From positions 1,146,551-1,210,550 of the forward strand of contig CBDANW010000002.1 in assembly GCA_965197825.1 (NCBI GenBank): 64,000 nucleotides of DNA, read 5' to 3'. Shown here in pieces: positions 1 to 12,803 of the stretch. The stretch is from Candidatus Marinacidobacterales bacterium (lineage in GTDB: Bacteria > Acidobacteriota > Vicinamibacteria > Marinacidobacterales > DATDRI01). Made by a program: the position numbers and the translations under genes. Under the pieces are notes generated by a model. That model saw only the letters and a program-made list of their open reading frames with translations, did no database searches and had not been told where the DNA came from. The first letter of the stretch is position 1. Every line of letters begins with the position of its first letter.

Positions 1-290
1 ACTTTCTCCCTCACCGCGTTCCTCCCTCTTTCGTCGTTGACATCTCCGATCACTACGAGAAGAAGCTGAGTGCCATCCAGTCCTACCGTTCTCAGCTCCA
101 CGACCCGAAGTCGAAAGAGCCCCAGACCTCGATCAGCCATCCCGACTTCCTCGCGCGGATAGAAGGCATCCATCGCTACTTCGGAACTCTTATCGATGTG
201 AAGTTTGGGGAAGCTTTCTTCGTGCGGGAAGCGTTGAAGGTGGACGACCCGATCGCGTTTTTTGACAAACCCTACACGCGGTTCGCCTGA
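1..290 (+). CDS. PIG-L/LmbE-family deacetylase (bacillithiol BshB-like), C-terminal part; 5' end lies outside window
   Basis: Frame ending in TGA at 288-290 translates ...ISDHYEKKLSAIQSYRSQLHDPKSKEPQTSISHPDFLARIEGIHRYFGTLIDVKFGEAFFVREALKV..., resembling the C-terminus of LmbE-like deacetylases. It is absent from the ORF track because no start codon is in the window. Confidence 0.5.
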   Translation, partial: FLPHRVPPSFVVDISDHYEKKLSAIQSYRSQLHDPKSKEPQTSISHPDFLARIEGIHRYFGTLIDVKFGEAFFVREALKVDDPIAFFDKPYTRFA

Positions 291-292
291 GA

Positions 293-1069
293 CTAATGGA
301 TGGTAGGGCCGGAACCACCGCCGCTACGCTTCTGGTAGTAGTCCTCGAATTTCTTGCGTAGGCGCTTCATCCGCCAACGGCGGTAGCCGTCCTTGACGAA
401 GCCGCCGGGACTTCCTCGACCGACGCCCCCGCTACGCGCCGCGCTGCGCACACCACCCCAACGCAGGTAGAGGTAGCCTACGACCAAGCCTCCCAGATGC
501 GCGAGGTGGGAAACCCCGGACGCCCCTCCCAAAGAAGAGAGGAAACTGATGAGCCCCATGATGATCACGAAGTATTTGGCCTGGATGGGGAAAAAGAAGA
601 TGAAGAAGACGTTCATGTAGACGACACGCGTAGGGAAGTACATCGCGAACGCCACCAAGAGACCGTAGATGGCGCCTGAAGCGCCCACCACCGGGTAGGG
701 CGTCAGCAACGCGAAGAGTCCGGCGCCTATGCCGCAGATGAAATAGTAGCGAAGAAAAAACGGCGTCCCCCAGAGTCTCTCCATCTCGCAGCCGAACATG
801 AAGAGGATGAGCATGTTGATGAGGACGTGGAAGAGACCCCCATGAAGGAACAGATAACTGACGAGCTGCCAGACATAGAAGCTTCCAAGTACCGTCTCAC
901 GATCCAGGCGAAACCACGTTGTGATGGGAGGATAAAGTTGCTGCAGAACGAAGACACCGATCGTGGAGAGCAAGAGGTACTTCACCCCGGGGGTGAGTGG
1001 TCCTCCGAAAGACCAGGTTTGTGTTCCGCGAGGAGATGCCATACGTCGTCCTGAACCGGATTGTCTCAA
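293..1069 (-). CDS. Rhomboid-family intramembrane serine protease
   Basis: Multi-TM protein with the rhomboid GASGAIYGLL (GxSG) motif and a downstream AHLGG His motif. The true start may be the internal Met (MASPRG). Confidence 0.8.
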   Translation of the reverse strand: MRQSGSGRRMASPRGTQTWSFGGPLTPGVKYLLLSTIGVFVLQQLYPPITTWFRLDRETVLGSFYVWQLVSYLFLHGGLFHVLINMLILFMFGCEMERLWGTPFFLRYYFICGIGAGLFALLTPYPVVGASGAIYGLLVAFAMYFPTRVVYMNVFFIFFFPIQAKYFVIIMGLISFLSSLGGASGVSHLAHLGGLVVGYLYLRWGGVRSAARSGGVGRGSPGGFVKDGYRRWRMKRLRKKFEDYYQKRSGGGSGPTIH

Positions 1070-1120
1070 CTTGGAGCGAGTGGGTCAAGGCGAGGCGAAA
1101 ACAGCCGCGTTCAAGCACGT

Positions 1121-3991
<2,871 letters not shown>

Positions 3992-4005
3992 AGGCTCTTT
4001 ACGGC

Positions 4006-5463
4006 TTACTCCCAGTCCGGCTTGACGGCAAAGAAGAAGCTTTCTCTTCCGCGTTCGACAAAGAGCACCACTTCCCCCGGTTTTTCTTCGCGGAGGGCTT
4101 CCACCGCCTCGCGAAACGAAGCGAGACCGGCAATCGTCTGATCGCCCAGCTTTACCAAGAGATCTCCTCGCCGCACGCGATTCGGATTCGTGCGCACCGC
4201 AACCGGGGGTTGTCTGACCACCACGCCCTGCGTTTCGAGGTCGAGGTTGCGCGTGGCCAGGTAGTCGAACGTCACCTCTCGCACCGTTAGATCCAGCTCC
4301 TCGGCTTCGACGGTGTCGGCTTCCCTCGACGTTTTGGGCGCCGGCGCCAACGTAGCCACGGTAGTCCGCTGCTCGCCGTCCCGCAAGTAGCCGAACTCGA
4401 CGGGGGTTCCGGCTCCTGCCCGAAGCAATTTCTCCGAAAAGGCACCGAGATCTTCCTCGCGGTTCACGTCGATGGGCTCCCTTTGGAACTTGGTCAGCAC
4501 GTCCCCTGTCTCGAACCCCGCCCCTTCCGCGGGGGACTCTTGATACACGTAGCCGAGAACGACTCCGGCTCGTACCGAGAGTCCCAGATGCTCGGCGAGC
4601 TCCTCTGTGAGCGCCTGCATCTCGACGCCCAACCAAGCGCGCCGCACCGGCTCGCTATGGGGAGGCCGGGTCGCGGCATCGGCAAACTGCTTGGCCGGCC
4701 GGGCGAACCCTCGCCCCACGCCCTTCGGCAGATCGCGGATCACGGCGAGAAAGGTAAGCGGGTTTCTCATGCTGCCACGCGGCATGGGCACGGTGAGGGC
4801 GTCGAGCATGCCCAGCGGCGTTCCTTCCAGATCGGAGACCAGGGATCCAACCGGATCGGCGGCACCGGTAGCAACGATGAATCCTTCAGAAGGTTCGGAG
4901 ACCACCGCTTGCACACGCGTGAGCTCGACGGCCAAAACAGGTCCCAAAGGCTCAGGCAGAAGACTCAGCACGACGACTTCCTGCCCTACCTCCGCGGGCG
5001 GAGGTGAGCCGAAGACAGCCGGGTGGAACTTTCGGTCCTCGGCATCGATCTGAAAAAAGGCCACGTCGGCTTCTACATCGCGGCCGAGCAACGTCGCCGA
5101 ATACTCACTGCCGTCTACAAGGTGAACGCGGGCCTCACTGATCGTGGCATCGGTCCGGCTCACGGTAGACGGGAATCGAACCCCGACTCCGTGGGGAACC
5201 TCGTTGAACGGCTCGTAGATCATACCGCTGACCATGACCGTGCCGTCTCCCGAGACGACGATGCCGGTCGTGGTGAGCTCGGCTTCCTGCGGCGGCTCGC
5301 CGGTCGAGACCAGGACCTGTTGGCTATAGGTCACCTGGACCAAGCTCTCTCGGTATCGGTCCTCGAGGTTCGAGAGCTTTTCGGAAACGAGATCCGCCGA
5401 GTCAGACTGTAGCGTGACGAGCGGCGAAAGTAGCCCTAGGGTAAGGACCGCACTAATAAACAT
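4006..5463 (-). CDS. HtrA/DegP-like protein with two PDZ domains but degenerate catalytic triad (likely inactive paralogue)
   Basis: Signal peptide, trypsin-fold segment and two PDZ-like domains. The position of the HtrA GNSGGPL motif reads DPVGSL (Ser replaced) and the His-containing TNxHV segment is absent. Confidence 0.7.
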   Translation of the reverse strand: MFISAVLTLGLLSPLVTLQSDSADLVSEKLSNLEDRYRESLVQVTYSQQVLVSTGEPPQEAELTTTGIVVSGDGTVMVSGMIYEPFNEVPHGVGVRFPSTVSRTDATISEARVHLVDGSEYSATLLGRDVEADVAFFQIDAEDRKFHPAVFGSPPPAEVGQEVVVLSLLPEPLGPVLAVELTRVQAVVSEPSEGFIVATGAADPVGSLVSDLEGTPLGMLDALTVPMPRGSMRNPLTFLAVIRDLPKGVGRGFARPAKQFADAATRPPHSEPVRRAWLGVEMQALTEELAEHLGLSVRAGVVLGYVYQESPAEGAGFETGDVLTKFQREPIDVNREEDLGAFSEKLLRAGAGTPVEFGYLRDGEQRTTVATLAPAPKTSREADTVEAEELDLTVREVTFDYLATRNLDLETQGVVVRQPPVAVRTNPNRVRRGDLLVKLGDQTIAGLASFREAVEALREEKPGEVVLFVERGRESFFFAVKPDWE

Positions 5464-6868
5464 AGGACGCCTCGATGAGAATCAGCTGGCGTGAATGCTG
5501 GCGCATGACGGTCAAAAGCACTTCTTCGACCTCTTCACTATCGAGGCGGCGGTAAATCTCCCCCAGATCGTCCAGGCCGCCAACGTCCTCATCTTCGATA
5601 CGAACGATGCGATCGCCGGGATGGAGCCGGGCCCGGAAAGCCGCCCCATTGGTCTTGACCCCCACGACGACGACTCCGTTCGCGTCCGGCAAGCTGTACT
5701 CCATGGCAAATTCTCGCGTGATCCCGCGGGCGGTGAACCCCCAGCTCTCGCACTCCATCTCGTCCGAGACGCTCTGACTCCGTTCCTCGGTGACGATCTC
5801 GAATCGCAGCTCTTCTCCGTCGCGCTCGATCAGTTGCTCGACCGACTCGCCTACCGGCGTATCGGCGATCAGTTTGTAGATGGCAGGCAGCTCTTCCTGG
5901 AACTGTGCGGTTAACTCTTGACCCCGGTAGGCGACGAGCACGTCGCCCGCCCGAATCCCGGCGCGCGCGGCGGGCGAGTCAGGCTCCACGCTGCGAATCA
6001 CGACGCCCGGCGACGGAGCGGCTGCAAAATACTGAGCCAGCTCTTCACGGGGTTGGAAGTCCAGACCCAACCAGCTTCGGCGAACCCGCCCATGCTCGAT
6101 GAGCTCGGCCGCCACTTCCTTGACGATGTTGACGGGGATGGCGAAGCCGATGCTCGATGCTCCAAAGGCACCGCGCGAGTTCACACCGACGACGAGACCG
6201 GCAAGATCGACCAACGGACCTCCGCTGTTGCCCGGATTGATGGCGGCATCGGTCTGGATCCAGGTATTGAAGGAGCCCGTTCGTTCCCCGGTAGGCAGCT
6301 TGAAATTATCGGAAAGATAGCGGTCCTTGCTGCTCACCACACCGAACGACAACGATCGCTGCAGCGCAAGAGGACTGCCGAGCGCCATGACGTATTGACC
6401 GACTTGGAGCTCGCCGGAATCCCCCAACTCGACCGGATCGGGAAGCTCGAAATCCGGCCCGACGTCCACCCTCAGCACCGCGATGTCGGTCAAGGGATCG
6501 CCACCGACCAACACACCGGGGACCCGCTGGCGATCGCTGAGAGTAATAATGAGCCGCTTGGCCTTTCCCGCCACGTGGTAGTTCGTGACGACGTGCCCCT
6601 GGTCATCGAAGATGAAACCGCTGCCGATCGCCGTGGAGCTCCGTCGCTCCCCGGAGGAGTAGACGTCGGTGATCGGCTGGACGTTGACCAGAGCCGGCGC
6701 CACCTCGTCCCGGGCGGCGAAAATACGCCGCTGGAGCTCGTCGACACCCACCGTCTGCGCGCCAGCCTTGGTTGGCCCGGTTGGCCCGGTCAGGACGAGA
6801 CTGGAGAAAACGAGCCCCAGGATGGGGCTTTGAACCAACGAGGTACCCCTCGCCATGCGTCGTGTCAT
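5453..6868 (-). CDS. HtrA/DegP/DegQ family periplasmic serine endoprotease with PDZ domains
   Basis: Signal peptide; catalytic motifs VVTNYHV (His), DIAVLRV (Asp), NPGNSGGPLVD (Ser); two C-terminal PDZ domains. Confidence 0.9.
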   Translation of the reverse strand: MTRRMARGTSLVQSPILGLVFSSLVLTGPTGPTKAGAQTVGVDELQRRIFAARDEVAPALVNVQPITDVYSSGERRSSTAIGSGFIFDDQGHVVTNYHVAGKAKRLIITLSDRQRVPGVLVGGDPLTDIAVLRVDVGPDFELPDPVELGDSGELQVGQYVMALGSPLALQRSLSFGVVSSKDRYLSDNFKLPTGERTGSFNTWIQTDAAINPGNSGGPLVDLAGLVVGVNSRGAFGASSIGFAIPVNIVKEVAAELIEHGRVRRSWLGLDFQPREELAQYFAAAPSPGVVIRSVEPDSPAARAGIRAGDVLVAYRGQELTAQFQEELPAIYKLIADTPVGESVEQLIERDGEELRFEIVTEERSQSVSDEMECESWGFTARGITREFAMEYSLPDANGVVVVGVKTNGAAFRARLHPGDRIVRIEDEDVGGLDDLGEIYRRLDSEEVEEVLLTVMRQHSRQLILIEASYVY

Positions 6869-7045
6869 CGATACGAATCCCTTCGTGACGTCTTGCTAGG
6901 TTGCTAAGGTTTTCGCGAGGGAGGTTTCTCGAACCCCCAAATAGCATCGTAGCAAAAAGATAGCGCGCTTCAAAGAGGCTGGCCAGACCGTCTTGGTGAC
7001 AGTCTCTTTCAGCGGTTACTATAAGGTAGCGAGAATGGGGCGTCC

Positions 7046-8080
7046 TTGACTTTGGAAATCGCACTGCTGGCCGCGGTGAGTCGTGGCGGCGGCTCTCGTC
7101 GCCTGACCGTCGCGTTCCTTCTGATTCGCCGACCGGGCGGGGACTCCGTGGAAGGGATGGCGCTCCTGCAACAGCAGTTGAACGCCTTGCGGTCCGAGCT
7201 CTCCGGCTACATGCAACATCAATCCGCGCAGCTCGAGCAGGCGCATGGAACCATGGGCGTTCGGCTGGATCGGGCGTCCAGCAGTGTCAACGAAGTCCGC
7301 CAGCAGCTGGGCGTCTTGGAGCAGGCGACCGAACGCGTGCTCGAGGTCGGAAAGACGGTCGCCGGGATCGAGAACCTCCTCCGTGCGCCCAAGCCGCGAG
7401 GCGTCCTGGGAGAAGTGCTTCTCGGCGAGCTCTTACGCCAGGTGCTCCCGCCCGCACTCTTCGAGCTGCAGTACACGTTCAAGAGCGGCGAGCGAGTCGA
7501 CGCGGTGGTACGAGTCGGCGAGAACCTGCTCCCGGTGGACGCCAAGTTTCCGCTCGATAACCTGAGGCGCGCCGACGAGGCCCAGGGAGCCGAACGGGAT
7601 TCCCTGCTGCGTGCCTTCGCGCGAGACTTCAAAAAGCACGTCGACGCCGTCGCCAACAAGTACATCGTGCCGGGCGAGGGCACCCTACCCTTGGCCTTTC
7701 TTTATGTACCCGCGGAGAACGTCTACCAGCAGGCGGTCTTGGGTGAGTGGGATCTGGCAGAATACGCGGTCTCCCAGCATGTCGTCCCGATGGGTCCGCT
7801 GGGTCTCTACGCCTTTCTACAAAGCGCTCTTCTCGGCGCGCGGGCCGTCGCCGTCCCCGCCCAGTCCCGGGAGATCCTCTCGGGGCTCGAGCAGCTCACC
7901 GTCGAGCTCAAGCAGTTGAAGGAGGAGATGTCCAAGCTGGGACGCCACCTCGGACTCGCCCGCAACAACCTCGAGCAGATGGAACGGCGCACCGGGCATC
8001 TGACCGAAACGGTGGATCGCGCGCGATCCTCTCTGGATGCGACGACTCCCGTCCCGCGGGGTGCGGGACGGGATGACTAG
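7046..8080 (+). CDS. rmuC: DNA recombination protein RmuC
   Basis: N-terminal TM segment, long coiled-coil region, and the conserved RmuC core (KPRGVLGEVLLGELL, LPVDAKFPLDNL, NKYIVPGEGTLPLAFLYVPAENVY). Confidence 0.85.
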   Translation: MTLEIALLAAVSRGGGSRRLTVAFLLIRRPGGDSVEGMALLQQQLNALRSELSGYMQHQSAQLEQAHGTMGVRLDRASSSVNEVRQQLGVLEQATERVLEVGKTVAGIENLLRAPKPRGVLGEVLLGELLRQVLPPALFELQYTFKSGERVDAVVRVGENLLPVDAKFPLDNLRRADEAQGAERDSLLRAFARDFKKHVDAVANKYIVPGEGTLPLAFLYVPAENVYQQAVLGEWDLAEYAVSQHVVPMGPLGLYAFLQSALLGARAVAVPAQSREILSGLEQLTVELKQLKEEMSKLGRHLGLARNNLEQMERRTGHLTETVDRARSSLDATTPVPRGAGRDD

Positions 8081-8195
8081 ACCGTTCCAACTTGTTGAGC
8101 GTAGCATGACCGCGGGGCTCCTTTCTTCATTGCCCTTTGACCAGTTCGGTTGTTCTGCTACCATTCATCTGTAGGCAGGGCGACCAGGAAGTCAC

Positions 8196-8447
8196 ATGAA
8201 GGACATCTCTTCCACTGTCCACCTCTTCAAAGAGGGAGAAGTTTATGTTGCCTACGTGCCCGAACTGGACGTCTCAAGCTGTGGTGATACCCCAGAAGAA
8301 GCCCGTAAGAATATCCAAGAAGCGGCACAGGCGTTCCTGGAGACAAGCCAAGAGATGGGCAACCTCACCAGATCCCTGAAGAGGCTGGTTACGAGTTGGA
8401 AGGAGAGACCTGGCGCGCGCCTGAATTCGTATCCCTTGACCACCTGA
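8196..8447 (+). CDS. HicB-family (UPF0150) antitoxin
   Basis: EGEVYVAYVPELDVSSCGDTPEEARKNIQEAAQAFLE matches the HicB RNase-H-like fold consensus. It sits directly upstream of a HicA-like reading frame. Confidence 0.6.
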   Translation: MKDISSTVHLFKEGEVYVAYVPELDVSSCGDTPEEARKNIQEAAQAFLETSQEMGNLTRSLKRLVTSWKERPGARLNSYPLTT

Positions 8448-8464
8448 GCTTGAGCCTCAAATAG

Positions 8465-8675
8465 GTGCCTCGGCTCACCCCCGTCTCCTACCAAAAACTC
8501 GTCAAGGTTGTTCGAGAACGACGGGTTCACCCATCGTGTCTACACCAAGCCGGCCATCAAACGGCCACTGGTGATCCCCGAGTACAGAGCCGTTCCGGTC
8601 TTCATCATCAAGAACCTTCTCCGCACCGCTGGTATGAGCCGGGAACGCTACTTCGAGCTTCTTGAACGGGCGTAA
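8465..8675 (+). pseudogene. HicA-family (YcfA-like) mRNA-interferase toxin with a 1-nt frameshift
   Basis: Frame 1 gives MPRLTPVSYQKLVKVVRE. The remaining HicA consensus (NDGFTHRVYTKPAIKRPLVIPEYRAVPVFIIKNLLRTAGMSRERYFELLERA*) continues in the +1 frame from about 8508. This is consistent with a single-base deletion in an Arg codon. Confidence 0.55.
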
Positions 8676-8947
8676 GAAATTTGCGGGCTGTTCGGTTTGT
8701 ACCGATCTAGGCGCGTAGGCTTGGGACTGGCTGAGAGAAATCCCTAGGGTACACTAACCCTTTACTTCCCTCCTCCTTGCGAGAATCCGTGCCCACGGCA
8801 TAAACTAGGCCCTCTCTCGGGGTGCCGACCGGCCCATTTTTCTTGGGAGGGACTACCCTCTCTGCTTCTGAGGCCCACACGAGACCGCACCCAGGAGCCG
8901 ATCGTCGATGCGGAACGAGCCAGCAATTCTTTGGAGGGAATGACCGA

Positions 8948-9871
8948 ATGAAACAAATAGGATACGACCACCACCTCTTCGTGCAGCCTTTCGACCATCG
9001 CGGAAGCTTCACCAAATCCTATTTCGGATTCAAGGGCGCCCCCACTATCGATCCCGGTACCGAGCAGTACGTGAAGGTGGCCCAGAGCAAGACCCTGATT
9101 TACCGCGGGCTCCTCAAAGCCATCGAGATGGGCGTTCCAGCCGAGACCGTGGGCATTCTGGTCGACGCTCAGTTCGGAAGCCACATCCTCGCCGACGCCA
9201 AAGCCAAGGGGATCCCGGCCGCGGTTTGCGTCGAAAAGAGCGGCCAGCCCGTCTTCGACTTCGAGTACGGTGCCCGATGGCAAGACCACATCCGTTTCGT
9301 GGCCCCCGATATCGTCAAGGTTCTCGTTCGCTTCCACGCACAAGACGACCCCGCCCTCAACCGAGAACAGATGGCCCGGCTCAAGCTCCTTTCCGACTAC
9401 CTCCATGCCACCGACGATCATTACTTAATGTTCGAGCTTCTCGTTCCGGCCACCAGCGACGACGACAAGAAGGCGGGAGACCAATACGACGCGGAGATCC
9501 GCCCGCGCCACATGGTGGAGTCGATCAAGATGTTGCAGGATTATGGGATCGAGCCCGACATCTGGAAGATCGAGGGGCTGGACAAACGCGAGCAAGCCGA
9601 GGCGGTTGCCGAACAGGCGCGCGCCGGTCAGGCGCGAAAGAAAGTCGGCTGCATCATTCTCGGGCGCGGCTCGGACAAGGCCCAGGTGCACAAGTGGCTT
9701 CAGGTTGCTTCCCCGGTTAGGGGTTTCATCGGTTTCGCCGTGGGCCGCACGAACTTCAGCGAGCCCCTGAAGCGATACTTGGAAGATCCGAAACAAGAGG
9801 CGACGGCGATCAAAGAAATCGCGGAAAACTACAAAGGATGTGTCGACACGTGGCGCGCGGCCGCATCCTGA
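8948..9871 (+). CDS. DUF2090-type TIM-barrel protein (IolC C-terminal-domain / aldolase-like)
   Basis: MKQIGYDHHLFVQPFDHRGSF N-terminus and overall length fit stand-alone DUF2090 proteins. A GGAGGG RBS lies 8 nt upstream of the ATG at 8948. The ORF-track entry starting at 8822 is an upstream extension. Confidence 0.5.
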   Translation: MKQIGYDHHLFVQPFDHRGSFTKSYFGFKGAPTIDPGTEQYVKVAQSKTLIYRGLLKAIEMGVPAETVGILVDAQFGSHILADAKAKGIPAAVCVEKSGQPVFDFEYGARWQDHIRFVAPDIVKVLVRFHAQDDPALNREQMARLKLLSDYLHATDDHYLMFELLVPATSDDDKKAGDQYDAEIRPRHMVESIKMLQDYGIEPDIWKIEGLDKREQAEAVAEQARAGQARKKVGCIILGRGSDKAQVHKWLQVASPVRGFIGFAVGRTNFSEPLKRYLEDPKQEATAIKEIAENYKGCVDTWRAAAS

Positions 9872-9988
9872 TGGATTAGGAAAAAGGGGGGCGGGCAGGG
9901 TCAGGGCCCCAACCTGGATGCGAATTACCGAAGCCCGGAACCGTTACCGGAATCGACCTCACACCCACCCCGACCCCGCCACGCGGGG

Positions 9989-10510
9989 TTGCCGCTCTTT
10001 GCGGTACCGGTCCCGGCTTCGCAAACGCCCGGCTACGTAGACGAGCTCGTGAGGGCATGGAACCGCTGTCTCGATGAGCGCTGGGTCCATCCGTTGATTG
10101 CACTCGGAGCATTTAGCCTGGACTTCCTCTGTATTCACCCGTTTCGGGACGGGAATGGTCGGGTATCGCGACTGCTCCTCCTGCTTCAAAGTTATCACCT
10201 CGGTTTCGAAGTCGGTCGTTACATCAGTCTTAAGCGAGTTATCGAGCAAAACAAAGACCGGTACGATGAGACGCTGGAGACTAGCTCAAGAGGCTGGCAC
10301 GAGGGACGACACGATCCTTGGCCCCACGTCGGCTATGTCCTTTTCGTCCTTAAAGAGGCCTATCGAGAGTTCGAGGAACGCGTGGGGCAGATGAAGAGCC
10401 CGCGAGGAGCGAAGACCGAGTTGATCACGTTCTCCTCGCCTCCGCGATGGGTCAGCGCGCCCTATTCCATCGTTTCCGTCTACAGAACGAGGAGTATCAA
10501 GATGCATTGA
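9989..10510 (+). pseudogene. Fic/Doc-family (AMPylation) domain fragment lacking the N-terminal half
   Basis: Canonical Fic motif HPFRDGNGRVSRLL lies about 50 aa from a non-ATG start. Full Fic proteins carry about 120-150 further N-terminal residues. It sits between a complete upstream gene and an IS end. Confidence 0.7.
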
Positions 10511-10520
10511 ACGCATGCCG

Positions 10521-11934
10521 TGTGAATACTCTTAGGCAGCAAACTCATCGCTGTCAAGAGATTTCTGTTTGCTTCTAAGCGCGTGAACGAGAGCGCCCAT
10601 ATGGCGATAGCCTTTGATACGCCGGAACTTTTTCTGCGCGGTGATGACGCCAAGAGCGGTCCATCGGCGAACCATGGAAGGACTCTACCAACGCTTGACG
10701 TTTCTCGATACTCTGCGAATGGTTCCGTTGAGATTCTCAATGGCGTTCGTCGTGGCAAGAGACTAGCGAAGTAAGGCGGGCAGCGCGAGCTTCACGACCG
10801 TGAGTGTCTCTTCCATCCCTTCACGAAGGCTTCCGGCAGCTTCGTCGTAGCCGTTTCGCTCGAGCCACGACACCAATGCCTGAAGTCGCTTGCGCGCCTT
10901 GTCGGCACTCTTGCACTTGTAGGCTTCCTTCATCGTCTGGAGCACGTAGGCGTGACGAGACTTGGGAAGGTACGAGCGAAGATTCCGGAGTTTATGGATC
11001 TGGCACCTTTGGATGACCGCGAGGTCCCCCAAAACGTCGACGAGTGCCTTGCGGATGCCTTTGCCTCCGTCCACTACGCAGAGAATCGACTCATCGACGC
11101 GCAAGCCTCGCTCGAGAAGGTCCTGCAACATCGCGGTGCACACCCGAGAGTTCTCCGTCGAGCCCAGCCATATACCCAGGGGCACCTTCGTTCCATCTAT
11201 TGTGATACCGAGAGTTACGACGACGGTCTGTCCGGCCACCTCAAGGCCATCCAGCATCAGTGCCGCAAGCTCGAACTCCTCTAGCCGCCGAGACAGGTAT
11301 TCCTCGAGCTTCTTAGTCGTCTGGCTCACGAGGTGACGGCTGGCGGCACTCTTACTCGTGCCACGAGACTTCAACTTGGCCGCGGGTTTGTCCAGACTCG
11401 ATTCGTAATTTCGGGTCGATACCCCCACCAAGATCTGATTCAACACTCGCTCTGGAAGCGGGTCTTCTTCGCGGAAGGCTTCGAAGTGTGGAAGCGACGC
11501 CTCCTCGCCCGACTTCGAGCGAACTCGAGGTCGCGACACTTGGATGCGACGACCACCGAAGCTCAGCTCTCCGTTCGTGCTCCCACAGTGGTTATGAGTT
11601 CGCTCCTTCTCGTGCTTGCCCTTGAGCCCCGCGATCTCCTCGGCGTCCTCTCTGAGCAGTAGGTGCAGAGCTGTCAGTCCTTGCTCGTACACCCATTCCG
11701 TCAGATCCGCCTTCGTGGCCGCGATCCCAGCTATCATCGGTAGCAGTATCTGACCGACTTGGCCAACTACCTTGCCCGTAGGCGAGTGCGTTTGCTTTCT
11801 TACTGGCTTCTTCGATTTCCTAGGCATTGGTGGCTCCTTGTCCCCCTCTGGAGACGGTTTATTGGCAGACCTATTCTTAGGCCGGCCAAGGAGCCGCCGC
11901 TACCCCAAATTCAACATCCGGCGGGACATCCCCC
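10521..11934 (-). mobile_element. IS256-family insertion sequence, copy A (about 1.41 kb)
   Basis: Nearly identical to 60782-62072 over its whole length, with different flanks at both ends in the two copies. Encodes a Mutator/IS256-type transposase. No clear terminal inverted repeat or target-site duplication could be identified by eye. Confidence 0.75.
10763..11827 (-). pseudogene. IS256-family transposase (copy A) interrupted by stop codons
   Basis: Core shows IS256/Mutator architecture (LDGLEV...LGITIDGTKVPLGIWLG...VVDGGKGIRKAL...CQIHKLRNL...TTNAIENLNGTIRR). The ORF ends at ALPALLR* because of CAG to TAG relative to copy B. A further in-frame TAG after NVKRW, shared with copy B, precedes the conserved C-terminus (SPSMVRRWTALGVITAQKKFRRIKGY). 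Confidence 0.7.
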
Positions 11935-12442
11935 GGACTCCTCCTGAAGGATTCTTAGAGCAACCCTCGTGCCAGCCCAGATCCGGGGCATTCCATAGCT
12001 AAGCCATTGTATCAAAACAACATAGACCAGGATGTCCCACGGCGGTCTGTGGTGGTTTGGGTACTCCTGTGAGGGGGAATCCCAACGCTCCGTCCCTTCC
12101 GGCCCGTCCGCCCCCGGCAAGGAAGCCAACGAAGTCGAATGCTGCTAGGACTTTAGGTGGGGGACCCCCGTGAAGCCGGTGATGGCAAAGGAATTGCTTC
12201 TTTGTCCTACTGAACGGCCTACCATCGCCCTTCAGAAGGAAAAGCTAACGTGTGTGAAGAAGGAGAGTTACGAGGAAAGAAAATCGCGCTTACCGATATG
12301 AGGAGCAAGCAGAGTATTGACGCTGTGGCGACAGGACGCTACGCCTGCCGAGAATTTAGCAGATACCCGGATCTTCAATTGAACTCTAACGATGCAGGCA
12401 AGCTATTTTAGTACATCTCGCAGGTGCTGCGGCATCTGTCAG

Positions 12443-12545
12443 GGCAACATCAGCCAGGCCGCCCGGCTGGCCAAGAAGGACCGGAAGGACTTCTACGATG
12501 TCATGAAGAAGTACGGCATCCAGCCGGAAGCCTTCCGGAAGCCTT
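12443..12545 (+). pseudogene. Remnant of the C-terminal Fis-type HTH (HTH_8) of a sigma-54-dependent activator
   Basis: GNISQAARLAKKDRKDFYDVMKKYGI matches the NtrC-family C-terminal HTH. It is preceded in frame by a stop and has no AAA+ domain upstream. The listed ORF 12392-13096 is otherwise read-through overlapping the next gene. An 11-bp tandem duplication (gaagccttccg x2) follows. Confidence 0.45.
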
Positions 12546-12803
12546 CCGGAAGCAGCAGCACGCAAGCTGAGCCCGGCGTCTGGCTAGCTTCAACTGGGCA
12601 CCCACGCCCAATGACGGCGAGAATACTCCGGCTCATCCCCGCCGAACTATTCCCCTTGGCCTCTCTGGACGAGAATGGTATGATCCCGGGTTCGGGCTCG
12701 GCGTGGCGGCATGCCTTTTCTGGGTCGAGCCAACAGACTTTACACTGCGCTTCCGCGCTCTCACGAGGCCGGAGCTTACATCAGCTGACTTTCGGGAGTC
12801 TTC

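Noticed and set aside
3992-4636. 215-residue Arg/Gly-rich N-terminal extension of the uvrA ORF (ORF-track entry 1121..4636)
   Set aside because: Composition is pure high-GC read-through (RGRSR...). It overlaps the downstream end of the HtrA-like gene on the same strand. UvrA homology begins exactly at MEPDRL (3991).
8762-9421. 219-aa minus-strand ORF overlapping the DUF2090-type gene, and 102-aa ORF 8707..9015
   Set aside because: Antisense to a well-supported CDS with an RBS. The translation has no motifs.
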